Assembly: GCA_963738225.1 (NCBI GenBank)
Contig: CAVTVR010000001.1
Coordinates: 7,531 to 71,530, forward strand
DNA: 64,000 nucleotides
DNA from: an uncultured Verrucomicrobiae bacterium
GTDB lineage: Bacteria; Verrucomicrobiota; Verrucomicrobiia; Limisphaerales; UBA11358
Direction: 5' to 3'
Part shown: one piece after another, positions 20,726 to 29,397 of the stretch
Layout: every line of letters begins with the position of its first letter
How positions within the stretch are numbered: the stretch's first letter is position 1
The notes under the pieces: model-generated
Told to the model about the DNA's origin: nothing
The model's input: only the letters and a program-made list of their open reading frames with translations
Databases searched by the model: none
Position numbers and translations under genes: made by a program

Positions 20726-21403
20726 ATGAAAATCGTCAAGCTCTCATTAAAAAATTGGAGAAATTTTAAGCAGCTTGATAATGTGCCATTACAAGTGCGT
20801 TCATATGTGATCGGTGCAAATGCTGTGGGCAAGTCTAATTTCCTTGATGCTTTGCGTTTTCTTCGTGATGTCGCTGCCCCAGCGGGTGCCAGACCTGGAG
20901 CGGGAGGATTGCAAGAGGCAATCACCCGCCGTGAAGGACTCGCCAAACTGCGTTGCTTAAATGCGCAAAAAGATCCTGAGGTTAAAATTGAAGTCACCCT
21001 TCAAGACGCAAATGATATTTGGCATTACACTCTTGGCTTCAAGGGCGAGGGTAAGGGGAACAACCGAATTGTGATTACTCACGAAAGCGTAAGCAAAAAT
21101 GGCTTGCTTTTGTCAGAGTGCCAACGACCCGACAAAGAAGATGATAATGACAGGGATCGGCTCACGACGACATACATTGAGAACCCGAACGCCAACAAAG
21201 AATTTCGGCCTTTAGCACACTACTTTGCGGCTATTACTTATCTCCATTTAGTTCCCCAATTATTGAAGGTTGGTATTGAATACAACGATGTTATTTGTCC
21301 TTTAGTGAGAAGCGAATGGGACATTGATAAAGCTTCGCACCATGCACCCTCTCTCGTAAAGGCTAGAAATCGGATACGCGAGTTGGCCTTGCGGGTTTCC
21401 TAG
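20726..21403 (+). pseudogene. N-terminal fragment of an AAA/ABC-type ATPase (COG4637/AAA_21-like), truncated
   Basis: MKIVKLSLKNWRNFKQL...VIGANAVGKSNFLDALRFLRDV (Walker A) ...ITYLHLVPQLLK, followed by a non-homologous tail. The Walker B / signature half is absent. The segment is visibly AT-richer than its flanks. Confidence 0.65.
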
Positions 21404-21419
21404 ATCTTCCTTATCGAAA

Positions 21420-22739
21420 TTATTTCGCCGTCACGATGACGTAATTTTTTTTGCCTTTGCGGAGCAGGACGTGTTTGCCGAAAAGCAAATCGGTCGCGGT
21501 CACCGACCGCGTGGCGCTGGCTTCGCGGACGTTGTTGATGTTCACGCCGCCGCCTTCGATGTCTTTTCGCGCCTGGCCTTTGGACGGACACAAGCCGCCG
21601 TGAACCAAAAGTTCCACCAGCGGAATGCCCGCGCCATCGAGCTTGGCTTTTTCAATTTCTTTCGTCGGCACTTCGCCAACGATTTCGTTGAAGGTGCTTT
21701 CGGCAATGCCGTCCAGTTTGCCGCCGAATAAAATTTCACTCGCGCGAATTGCTTCGACGGTGGAACTTTCACCATGAATCAAATCCGTCGCGGCTTTCGA
21801 CAGCGCCTTATGCGCGATGCGCGCGCCGGGATTTTCCGCGTGCTGCTTTTCCAGCGATTCGATTTCGTCCTTCGACAAAAACGTGAAAAATTTCAAATAG
21901 CGGATGACGTCGCGGTCGTCGGTGTTGATCCAGAACTGGTAAAATTTATAGACGCTGGTTTTTTTGGCATCAATCCAGATGGTGCCGGTTTCCGTCTTGC
22001 CAAATTTCGTGCCGTCGGCCTTGGTCACGAGCGGCAGGGTCAGGCCATAGACGGTTTTGCCCAGTTTCTTGCGCGTGAGTTCGATGCCGGCGGTGATGTT
22101 GCCCCACTGGTCGCTGCCGCCGATTTGCAGTTCGCACTGCTGGTCGCGGCACAGCACCATGAAATCAAACGCCTGCAGCAGCATGTAGCTGAACTCGGTG
22201 TAGCTGATGCCCGCCTCGCGGTCTTCCATGCGGGCGCGGACGGATTCCTTGGCGACCATCTGGTTGACGGTAAAATGTTTTCCGATGTCGCGCAGAAAAT
22301 CGAGGAAGGAAATGTCTTCCGTCCAACTCGCATTATCCACCAGCCGCGCGGGATTGGTCGGGCTGTCGAAATCGAGCCAGCGGCGCAATTGCGCGGCCAC
22401 GCTGGCGATGTTGTGCTGCAAAATTTCCGGCGTGAGCAGTTGCCGCTCGGCGGTTTTGCCGCTCGGATCGCCAATGGAGCCGGTAGCGCCGCCGGCCACG
22501 GCGATGGGCGTGTGTCCGGCAAGTTGAAACCGCCGCAGCGTGAGCAACGGCACGAGGCTGCCGACGTGCAGGCTGTCGCCGGTCGGGTCGAAGCCGCAGT
22601 AAAGCGTGATGGGCGCGGCGATTTTCTTTTCCAGTTCCGCCGCGTCGGTGCAGTCGGCGACGAGGCCGCGCCATTTCAATTCTTCCAGAATGTTCACGCG
22701 GGCAGAATAAATTGCGGATTGGCGATTGCCAATGGCCAA
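21420..22739 (-). CDS. tyrS: Tyrosine--tRNA ligase
   Basis: LYCGFDPTGDSLHVGSLVPLL, GGATGSIGDPSGK, KFGKTE and a C-terminal S4-like domain. The true start may be GTG at 22697 (VNILEELKWRGL). Confidence 0.9.
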   Translation of the reverse strand: MAIGNRQSAIYSARVNILEELKWRGLVADCTDAAELEKKIAAPITLYCGFDPTGDSLHVGSLVPLLTLRRFQLAGHTPIAVAGGATGSIGDPSGKTAERQLLTPEILQHNIASVAAQLRRWLDFDSPTNPARLVDNASWTEDISFLDFLRDIGKHFTVNQMVAKESVRARMEDREAGISYTEFSYMLLQAFDFMVLCRDQQCELQIGGSDQWGNITAGIELTRKKLGKTVYGLTLPLVTKADGTKFGKTETGTIWIDAKKTSVYKFYQFWINTDDRDVIRYLKFFTFLSKDEIESLEKQHAENPGARIAHKALSKAATDLIHGESSTVEAIRASEILFGGKLDGIAESTFNEIVGEVPTKEIEKAKLDGAGIPLVELLVHGGLCPSKGQARKDIEGGGVNINNVREASATRSVTATDLLFGKHVLLRKGKKNYVIVTAK

Positions 22740-22823
22740 TTGAAATCATCCTCCTGCTCGTCCTCATCGTCATCCTCACTTTTCAATTTGAGAAAGAGGA
22801 TGACGAGGATGAGAATGATTGCC

Positions 22824-22865
22824 GGACTTTGGACTTTAGACTTCGGGCTTTGGACTTTAATCTTC
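22824..22865 (+). repeat. Reiterated GGACTTTGG-type element directly 5' of murJ
   Basis: ggactttggactttagacttcgggctttggactttaatcttc. A closely related copy lies at 50731-50766. Confidence 0.85.
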
Positions 22866-22869
22866 GCCG

Positions 22870-24543
22870 GTGTCAAAAATGTTGAAAGCCTCCGGCGCGA
22901 TGGCCGCCGCCACTTTGTTCAGCCGCGTGCTCGGCCTGATGCGCGAGCAGGCTTACATGTTTTTTCTGGGCACCACCTGGGTCAACGACGCTTTTCAATA
23001 CGCCTTCACCGTGCCGAATCTTTTCCGGCGGCTGTTGGGCGAAGGCGCATTGACGGCGGCATTCATCCCCATTTTCAAGGAGAAAGAAAAAACGCACGGC
23101 GAAATCGAAATGTGGAAGGCCGCCAACGCGGTGATTTCCGGCCTGCTGGTTTCCGCAAGCGTGATCGTTGCCGTTGTGTTGGTTGGAATTTCGATTGCGC
23201 TGGCTTATGGTGGGCATCCGCATGAAATAATTGGTTTTTTGGATCCGTATGGTTTGCCAACTTTTACCGCTGCAGATGGAACAAAGCATTACGGAACTCC
23301 AGCCATTTTTCCGCAAAAAATCATCCTCATGCTGCAGCTGCTGCGCGTGATGTTTCCCTACATGATCCTCGTCTGCCTGACGGCGGTGATGATGGGCATG
23401 CTCAACGCGCGCGGCCATTTTTTCATTCCCGCGATGGGCGCGACCATGCTCAACGTCGTGATGATCGCGTCGGTCTATTGGCTCGCGCCGAAATTTGGCA
23501 CGGGCCTGCCGAAGGAACAAAAGCTGCCGGTTCAGGTTTTTGCGCTGGCTTACGGCGTGCTGGTGGCCGGCGTCGCGCAGGCGGCGTTTCAACTGCCGAC
23601 GCTCTGGCGCGACGGCTTCCGCTACGCCTGGGTTGCGCCGTGGAAAAATGAAACGGTGCGGCGCGTCGTGCGCCAGATGGTGCCGGGCACCATCGGCGTG
23701 GCGGCGTTCCAGATCAACGTGGCGCTCGTGCAGCTCGTGGCGTTGTTTGTTGGCACCGGCATCGTCTCGTCGTTCAACGGCGCGGTGCGGCTGATGGAAC
23801 TGCCGCAGGGCATGTTCGGCATCTCGCTGGCGACGTTTCTCCTGCCGACACTTTCCGGCCTGGCGGCGGAAAAAAATTATCCTGAATTCCGCGCGACGCT
23901 GCGCAATGGCCTGGCCTCGCTGATGTTTTTGAACCTGATCGCTTCTGTTTTGCTGGTCGTGCTGGCCGAGCCAATTGTGCGGCTGCTCTTTGAGCACGGC
24001 GAAAAATTCACCGCCGTTTCAACCCTGCGCGTGTCTCATGCGCTGGAGTGCCTGGCGCCGGGTCTGGTCGCATTTTCCACGGCCAACATACTGGCCCGCG
24101 CTTTTTACGCGCTGGGTGACACCAAAACACCGATGAAGATCAGTCTCGTGTGTCTGACGATCAATTTCATCGCCGCCTGCCTGCTCATGTTGCCACTGCG
24201 CGAACGCGGGCCGGGCATCGCCAACACCTGCACGTCCGCCGTCAACGTCAGCCTGCTGCTCTTTGCCCTGCGCAAAAAACTGGGCAAGCTGGAAATGAAA
24301 CCGCTGCGTGACACGCTGTGGTCGCTGGCGCTCGCGACGGTGCTGGCCGGCGTCATCGCCTGGGGCGGCTGGCACGGATGGGAACATTCGCTCGGGCACA
24401 AAACGCTGGCACTGAAAATCGGCGCGGTGTTTTTGCCGGCGGGAATCGCGGGCGGCATTTACTGGCTGGTCGCGATGATCTGCAAAATCCCGGCGGCGAA
24501 GGAAATGACCGAGTTCGCGCTGGCGAAATTTACGAGACGTTAA
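22870..24543 (+). CDS. murJ: Lipid II flippase MurJ
   Basis: ATLFSRVLGLMREQAYMFFLGTTWVNDAFQYAFTVPNLFRRLLGEGALTAAFIPIF and about 14 TM segments. An ATG at 22879 is an alternative start. Confidence 0.9.
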   Translation: MSKMLKASGAMAAATLFSRVLGLMREQAYMFFLGTTWVNDAFQYAFTVPNLFRRLLGEGALTAAFIPIFKEKEKTHGEIEMWKAANAVISGLLVSASVIVAVVLVGISIALAYGGHPHEIIGFLDPYGLPTFTAADGTKHYGTPAIFPQKIILMLQLLRVMFPYMILVCLTAVMMGMLNARGHFFIPAMGATMLNVVMIASVYWLAPKFGTGLPKEQKLPVQVFALAYGVLVAGVAQAAFQLPTLWRDGFRYAWVAPWKNETVRRVVRQMVPGTIGVAAFQINVALVQLVALFVGTGIVSSFNGAVRLMELPQGMFGISLATFLLPTLSGLAAEKNYPEFRATLRNGLASLMFLNLIASVLLVVLAEPIVRLLFEHGEKFTAVSTLRVSHALECLAPGLVAFSTANILARAFYALGDTKTPMKISLVCLTINFIAACLLMLPLRERGPGIANTCTSAVNVSLLLFALRKKLGKLEMKPLRDTLWSLALATVLAGVIAWGGWHGWEHSLGHKTLALKIGAVFLPAGIAGGIYWLVAMICKIPAAKEMTEFALAKFTRR

Positions 24544-24599
24544 ATTGTTAAATTGTAGTCGTTGAATCGTTTCAACCATTCAACAATTCAACTATTTAA
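24540..24599. repeat. Hairpin-forming TTAAAT/TTCAAC word-repeat element between the convergent murJ and ispE genes
   Basis: ttaaattgttaaattg (24540-24555) pairs with caattcaactatttaa (24584-24599) at 14/16 positions. An inner palindrome gttgaa-tcgt-ttcaac is present. The arms overlap both stop codons. Confidence 0.7.
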
Positions 24600-25471
24600 C
24601 GGCTTTCCACCACCGCCATCCAGCCGTTGCCGCCGAATTGTGATTTGAATTTCTCCGCCAGATTTTCCGCCGACGCCGGATTTTGTGCGATGGCAAAGGT
24701 TGTCGAGCCGCTGCCGGACATGAGCGAAACGAGCGCGCCGTTTTCGCGCAAGAAATCTTTGTAAAGTTGCAGCACGGGAAACTTATCGAACGCGGGAGCT
24801 TCGAGCGAATTGTAAAAGCCGCCAGCGGCGGCGGGCCAATTGTTCGTTTGCAGTTTTGCGATCAAATCCGCCGCGCGGCCTTTGCGTCCGTTCAACGCTT
24901 CGGGAAACCGAGCTAGATTTTGATACGACCACGGCGTGGAAATGCCAAAACCCGGATGGATGAGCAAAATCGCCTTGCCTTGCAGCGCGGGGAAATTTTC
25001 GAGCAACTCAATTTTTTCGCCGCGGCCAGTCGCCAGCGCCGGTTTGTTGTAAAGAAAAAACGGAATGTCGGAACCGAGCGCCGCCGCCAGCGCGTGCAGT
25101 TTTTCCGCTGTCAGCGGCGAGCCGAAAAGTTCGTTGAGCGTGGAGAACGTCACGGCCGCGTTGGCGCTGCCGCCGCCGATGCCGCCGGCGAGCGGCAGGT
25201 TCTTTTGGAGATGGATGCGGACGCCGTCGGAAATTTTCGCGGCGGCAAGAAACGCCGTGGCCGCGCGATGGACGAGATTTTTTGAATCGGTCGGCAGTTC
25301 GGGATGGCTGCACGAAAATTGAATTCCGTTTCCGCCGCGCTCGAAGGTCATTTCGTCGCAGACGTTCACCGGCTGCAGGACGGTTTCCAGTTCGTGAAAG
25401 CCGTCGGCGCGTTTGCCGAGGATGTTCAGGAGCAGGTTGACTTTGCAGGGCGATTTTTTTTCAAGTCGCAT
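24596..25471 (-). CDS. ispE: 4-diphosphocytidyl-2-C-methyl-D-erythritol kinase
   Basis: KVNLLLNILGKRADGFHELETV and PLAGGIGGGSANAA (GHMP kinase motif). Confidence 0.9.
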   Translation of the reverse strand: MRLEKKSPCKVNLLLNILGKRADGFHELETVLQPVNVCDEMTFERGGNGIQFSCSHPELPTDSKNLVHRAATAFLAAAKISDGVRIHLQKNLPLAGGIGGGSANAAVTFSTLNELFGSPLTAEKLHALAAALGSDIPFFLYNKPALATGRGEKIELLENFPALQGKAILLIHPGFGISTPWSYQNLARFPEALNGRKGRAADLIAKLQTNNWPAAAGGFYNSLEAPAFDKFPVLQLYKDFLRENGALVSLMSGSGSTTFAIAQNPASAENLAEKFKSQFGGNGWMAVVESR

Positions 25472-25536
25472 GGCGGTTCACCAAAGCAAAACGCGCCAAC
25501 AATTTTGTCGGCGCGCTTGCGGAAAAATTTTCACGG

Positions 25537-25971
25537 TCAGTTGTCGAAGACTTGGAAGCGGCTGCCGGGAATCATCGGCGCGACATCGCCTCCGCTGAAA
25601 CCAGTGTAGGTGTCGGTGTCAAACAGCGCGTCGGACATCAGTCCAGGCTTGTAGCTTTCCGGGAAAACCGGGTCGGGCGAAAAACTTTTTTGGAACACCG
25701 GTTTGTAGGACGGGATGGGGAAGGTGACTACTTCGTAAAGGCCAATGCCGGTGCGCTGGATCGAGCGGTCGAAGCCGTGGATGAAACCATAGTAGCCGCC
25801 GCCGGGCGTGTCAAAGACGCTGTTCATTTCGACGGACTTGCGAAGTTCGCCCCAGCGGACGATTTCGAACGTGTTGCTGAGGCCGCGTCCGAGTTTTTGT
25901 TCAGGCCCGGTGCAGCCGGCGGCGAAGAGCGCCGCCGCGAGTGCGACGAGGGGAAAAATCAGTTTGCGCAT
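25537..25971 (-). CDS. Small lipoprotein, possibly exosortase-system-associated (TIGR04073-like)
   Basis: Lipobox LFAAGC, then KLGRGLSNTFEIVRWGEL...GFIHGFDRSIQRTGIGLYEVVTFPIP. The family assignment is from memory only. Confidence 0.5.
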   Translation of the reverse strand: MRKLIFPLVALAAALFAAGCTGPEQKLGRGLSNTFEIVRWGELRKSVEMNSVFDTPGGGYYGFIHGFDRSIQRTGIGLYEVVTFPIPSYKPVFQKSFSPDPVFPESYKPGLMSDALFDTDTYTGFSGGDVAPMIPGSRFQVFDN

Positions 25972-26056
25972 ATTGGTTTTCAGATTGCTGTTCGGAAATT
26001 TACGCCGAATCGCCGGCTTGTAAAGCGCGTTTTCCGGCGGGCAGCGGATTTTTTCG

Positions 26057-27139
26057 TCAGGACTGCAAATGATGGAGAAGCTGTGGCCAGTATTGAAAAC
26101 CGATCCACAACAGTCCCGCGATCAGCAACGCCAGCAACACCACCAGCAAAAGCCAGCGGCGGGCTTTGGCCCGGTCCGGCTGTTCCCAATACCAGGCGAT
26201 CCAGACGGTGATTTCGTAAAGCATGTAAAGCGGCCCGGCCATCAGGATTTGGGTGATGACTTCCGGCGTCGTCAGCAACGCCCCCAAGACGAGGTTGATG
26301 ACGATCATGTAACGCCACATGGTCCGCAACGTGCGGTAGCTTAGGATATCAATCTTCACCAGCGTCAGAATCACCACCGGCAGTTCAAAGCCCAGCCCCA
26401 TGCCGAGCATGAATTTGCAAACGAAGCTGATGTATTCCTCCGCCCGCCATTGCAGCGCGCCGAGACCGAGCCATTGGGAATACATTTGCGACGCCGCCAG
26501 GGCCACCGGCATCAGCACGAAATAGCAAAAGGAAACGCCCACCAGGAAAAGCCCGCCGCCGATGAACAGCGCGCGGTAAATGTATTTGCGCTCCTTCAAC
26601 CGCAGCGCCGGAAAAACAAATGACGCGATAAAATACAGCAGAAACGGCGCGCACAGCACCATGCCGCCGTAAAACGCCACCTGAAACGCCACAAAAAATC
26701 CGCCCGCCGGAGTCAGGTTCACCAGATCAATGTGCATCCGCTGCATCGCGGCAAGGGCGGCGGGATCGTTGCTGACGCGCCAGCCGAGCACCTGGTTCGT
26801 GCCCAGCAGGAACGGTTCGACGGTGATTGCGACAAAATGGTTCGTGCCGGAATTCAGCATCTGCTGCTGTTCCGGAGTGACTGTAAAATTGGCGAGATGG
26901 TTGGTGCCGAAGCTGACGCTGACCACCTGGTTCGTCCCTGGATAGCTGACCCTGGCGCGGGTCAGCGGCCACTTGATGACGCCGATGACGTAATTGGCCG
27001 CGATCAGGCACACCAGCATCGCGAGGCCGAGCGCGACGGCGCACTTGACGAGCAGCCAGCGGAAATCCTCAAGGTGCTCCAGAAAACTTTTTACCGGACC
27101 GCCTTCGTCCTCCAGCGGTTCTTGGGGGAAATCGCCCAT
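26057..27139 (-). CDS. tatC: Twin-arginine translocase subunit TatC, extended form (360 aa)
   Basis: SFLEHLEDFRWLL..., FVFPALRLKERKY, GLGFELPVVI. It carries an extra loop of about 75 aa (residues about 61-138) and an extra C-terminal TM segment. Confidence 0.85.
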   Translation of the reverse strand: MGDFPQEPLEDEGGPVKSFLEHLEDFRWLLVKCAVALGLAMLVCLIAANYVIGVIKWPLTRARVSYPGTNQVVSVSFGTNHLANFTVTPEQQQMLNSGTNHFVAITVEPFLLGTNQVLGWRVSNDPAALAAMQRMHIDLVNLTPAGGFFVAFQVAFYGGMVLCAPFLLYFIASFVFPALRLKERKYIYRALFIGGGLFLVGVSFCYFVLMPVALAASQMYSQWLGLGALQWRAEEYISFVCKFMLGMGLGFELPVVILTLVKIDILSYRTLRTMWRYMIVINLVLGALLTTPEVITQILMAGPLYMLYEITVWIAWYWEQPDRAKARRWLLLVVLLALLIAGLLWIGFQYWPQLLHHLQS

Positions 27140-27174
27140 GAATATTTTTGCGGCAGAACGGCAAAAACGGCGGG

Positions 27175-27435
27175 TCAGACCACTTTGGTTTCCGGCGGAT
27201 GCGACTGGGCCGTTGTATTGGCCGGCGGCGTTTTGGGCGCGGCGGTTGGCGTTTCGGTGCCCGCGTTCTGGATTTCATCCGTCACCTCGCGGGTCGCTTT
27301 CTTGAATTCCTTGATGCCCGTGCCGAGACCTTTTGCCAGTTCCGGCAATTTTTTCGCGCCAAACAAAATCAACACCACGGCGAGAATCAAAACGATTTCC
27401 CAGCCACCGAAAAATCCTGCAAACATTGCGTTCAT
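27175..27435 (-). CDS. tatA: Twin-arginine translocase subunit TatA/E
   Basis: [37 protein letters not shown]. Confidence 0.85.
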   Translation of the reverse strand: MNAMFAGFFGGWEIVLILAVVLILFGAKKLPELAKGLGTGIKEFKKATREVTDEIQNAGTETPTAAPKTPPANTTAQSHPPETKVV

Positions 27436-27494
27436 AAAATAAAAGGTTAATTCAACTAAATATAAATTACGCCCGCCAGCCCCTTTAGTAAAGC

Positions 27495-27525
27495 AACAAA
27501 AAAGGCCGCGCTCGCACGCGGCCTT
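27495..27525 (-). terminator. Rho-independent terminator downstream of pal
   Basis: On the minus strand: GGCCGCG-tgcgag-CGCGGCC followed by a T-run. Confidence 0.65.
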
Positions 27526-27546
27526 GAGATTGAACCGCGCAACCGG

Positions 27547-28164
27547 TCATTTCGGATGGCAGAGGACGAATTCGCCGCGGCGGTTCTTCGCCCAGGCGGC
27601 TTCGTCGTGGCCCGGGTCCACCGGCTTGTCCTTGCCGTAGCTGATGGTGCGGATGCGCATCGGGTCAATACCGGCTTTCGCCAGCGCCTCGCGCAATGCC
27701 AGCGCGCGGCGTTCGCCGAGCGCGCGGTTGTATTCTTCCGTGCCGCGTTCGTCGCAATGGCCTTCGATGAGCAGTTTCGCATTCGCATCGGCGGTCAGCG
27801 CCTGGGCGACGCTGGCGACATTTGCCTGCTCCTTGTCCTGCACCACCGCGCTGTCGAATTTGAAATGCACCGTGTAAGCCGCCAGCGCCGCGCGATCTTG
27901 ATTCACTTGATCCAAAGTCCAATTGTCCGCCAATGGGCCGCCGCCAATTGGAGTATTGTTGCCCGTGTTTGCAACCGGCATTCCGCCATTGTCGGGCAAC
28001 TGATTGCCGGGTGGCACAGTGTTTGGACCACCGGGTTCACCCACAACCGCCGGATTTTGACCCGGCAACGGTGTGACTTTGGTAAATCCTTTTTTGCAGC
28101 CGGTGGAAGCCAGCGTCGCGACCAGCGCGAGCACCAGCGGAAAAATCATTTTGTTTATTTTCAT
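27547..28164 (-). CDS. pal: Peptidoglycan-associated lipoprotein (OmpA-like domain)
   Basis: Lipobox LASTGC. Motifs GHCDERGTEEYNRALGERRA and NRRGEF. Confidence 0.85.
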   Translation of the reverse strand: MKINKMIFPLVLALVATLASTGCKKGFTKVTPLPGQNPAVVGEPGGPNTVPPGNQLPDNGGMPVANTGNNTPIGGGPLADNWTLDQVNQDRAALAAYTVHFKFDSAVVQDKEQANVASVAQALTADANAKLLIEGHCDERGTEEYNRALGERRALALREALAKAGIDPMRIRTISYGKDKPVDPGHDEAAWAKNRRGEFVLCHPK

Positions 28165-28218
28165 AAATTTATTCTGTTCAGTTTAAGTGTGATTAAAGTC
28201 TGCAACGAAATCTGAAAT

Positions 28219-29397
28219 TCATCTCGCCCAGGCCGGCTGGGAATTGCTTCCCGTCGCCCGCCGACAATCCTTGTATTGTTTGGTAAAAACGTCAAGCACA
28301 GATAGCGTTTGGTGACCGCTACCGCCGTGGTTGAAAGCCAGCGTCCGCGAGTTCGGCGACCACGACGGGTTTTGTCCCGGCACCAGCACCACCGGCGCCA
28401 GACTGCCGTCCGCCGGCATCACGCAGATGTCGAAATCGCCCGCCTGCCGCGTGAACGCGATCCATTTGCCGTCCGGTGACCAGTCCGGCTCGGTCGGGTT
28501 CGCCACGCCGGTGGTGTTGAGATATTGCACCTCGCCGCCGGCTGCGGGAATTTTCGCCAGCCGCCGCCGGCCGCTTTTTTCCGTCGCGAAACAAATCCAC
28601 TCGCCGTCGGGCGACCAGCAGGGCGAGGAATCCTGCACGCCGGTCGTCAAGCGTTTTAAATCCGTGCCGTCGGCGTTGCAAACCCAGACGTTCGGGCTGC
28701 CGGCCTTGCTCAAAATCATCGCCACCTTCGCGCCGTCCGGCGAGACCGCCGCACTGGTGTTCAAGCCCGAATAACCCGCGACGACACGCCGCTGGCCGCT
28801 CGACAGGCTGTGATAAAAAATATCCGGGTTGCCGCGCGCATAGCTCGTGTAATACAGCGCCATCCGCCCCGGCACCCACGCGGGTTTCGCCACGATCGCC
28901 GCATCGGACGTGACTGGCTGCGCGTTGGAGCCGTCAAAATCCGCCACGTAAATTTCGCCCGGACCTTCGCCGCCGGGCTGCGACTTGAAGGCGATTTTCG
29001 TCTGGCAGATCGGCTTGGTGTTGCGAATGGTCTGCACAATATCGTCCGCGAACGCGTGCGCCTGCCGCCGCGTGCTCGCGCCGTTGTAACTGCGCGACAA
29101 AATCATTTTGCGCGCGAACTTGTCCGTCACGCTGCCGGCCACGTTGCCGGCGTCGCTGCCGTGGATCAGATACTGCGCCGCGTCCGGCGTCACAAAGCTG
29201 AAGCCCTGGACGAACAGATCGAATTTCAAAACCGCCGCCGCCTCGCCGGTGAAACCGTCCAGCGCGACGGGAATGGGTTTCTGGCCGAAAAAGTCTTTGC
29301 CGACTTCAATTGTAATTTCAGGCTGTTGCGCGTGGCAAAAATTCAGCGCGGCAAAAGCGAGCGAGCTTGTCAGCAGGTTGAGAATAATTTTTTTCAT
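28219..29397 (-). CDS. tolB: Tol-Pal system beta-propeller protein TolB
   Basis: N-terminal TolB-like domain plus PD40 repeats (WSPDGEWICF, WSPDGKWIAF, WSPNSRTLAF). The start forms an ATGA overlap with the upstream gene. Confidence 0.8.
   Translation of the reverse strand: MKKIILNLLTSSLAFAALNFCHAQQPEITIEVGKDFFGQKPIPVALDGFTGEAAAVLKFDLFVQGFSFVTPDAAQYLIHGSDAGNVAGSVTDKFARKMILSRSYNGASTRRQAHAFADDIVQTIRNTKPICQTKIAFKSQPGGEGPGEIYVADFDGSNAQPVTSDAAIVAKPAWVPGRMALYYTSYARGNPDIFYHSLSSGQRRVVAGYSGLNTSAAVSPDGAKVAMILSKAGSPNVWVCNADGTDLKRLTTGVQDSSPCWSPDGEWICFATEKSGRRRLAKIPAAGGEVQYLNTTGVANPTEPDWSPDGKWIAFTRQAGDFDICVMPADGSLAPVVLVPGQNPSWSPNSRTLAFNHGGSGHQTLSVLDVFTKQYKDCRRATGSNSQPAWAR

Noticed and set aside
20726-21403. 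AAA ATPase as an active anti-phage defence system
   Set aside because: The gene lacks the Walker B and signature half and has no partner nuclease or effector gene. It is best treated as a remnant.
22761-22813. Inverted repeat in the tyrS-murJ divergent region, considered as a T-box or other tyrS leader
   Set aside because: Only about 11 bp pair cleanly. It sits in GAT/GAG-type low-complexity sequence. No T-box core or specifier-loop architecture is visible.
21774-23225. 483-aa plus-strand ORF
   Set aside because: It lies antisense to tyrS and runs into the murJ start. Its composition is Arg/Ala/Gly-rich with no motifs. It is a typical shadow ORF of a high-GC gene.
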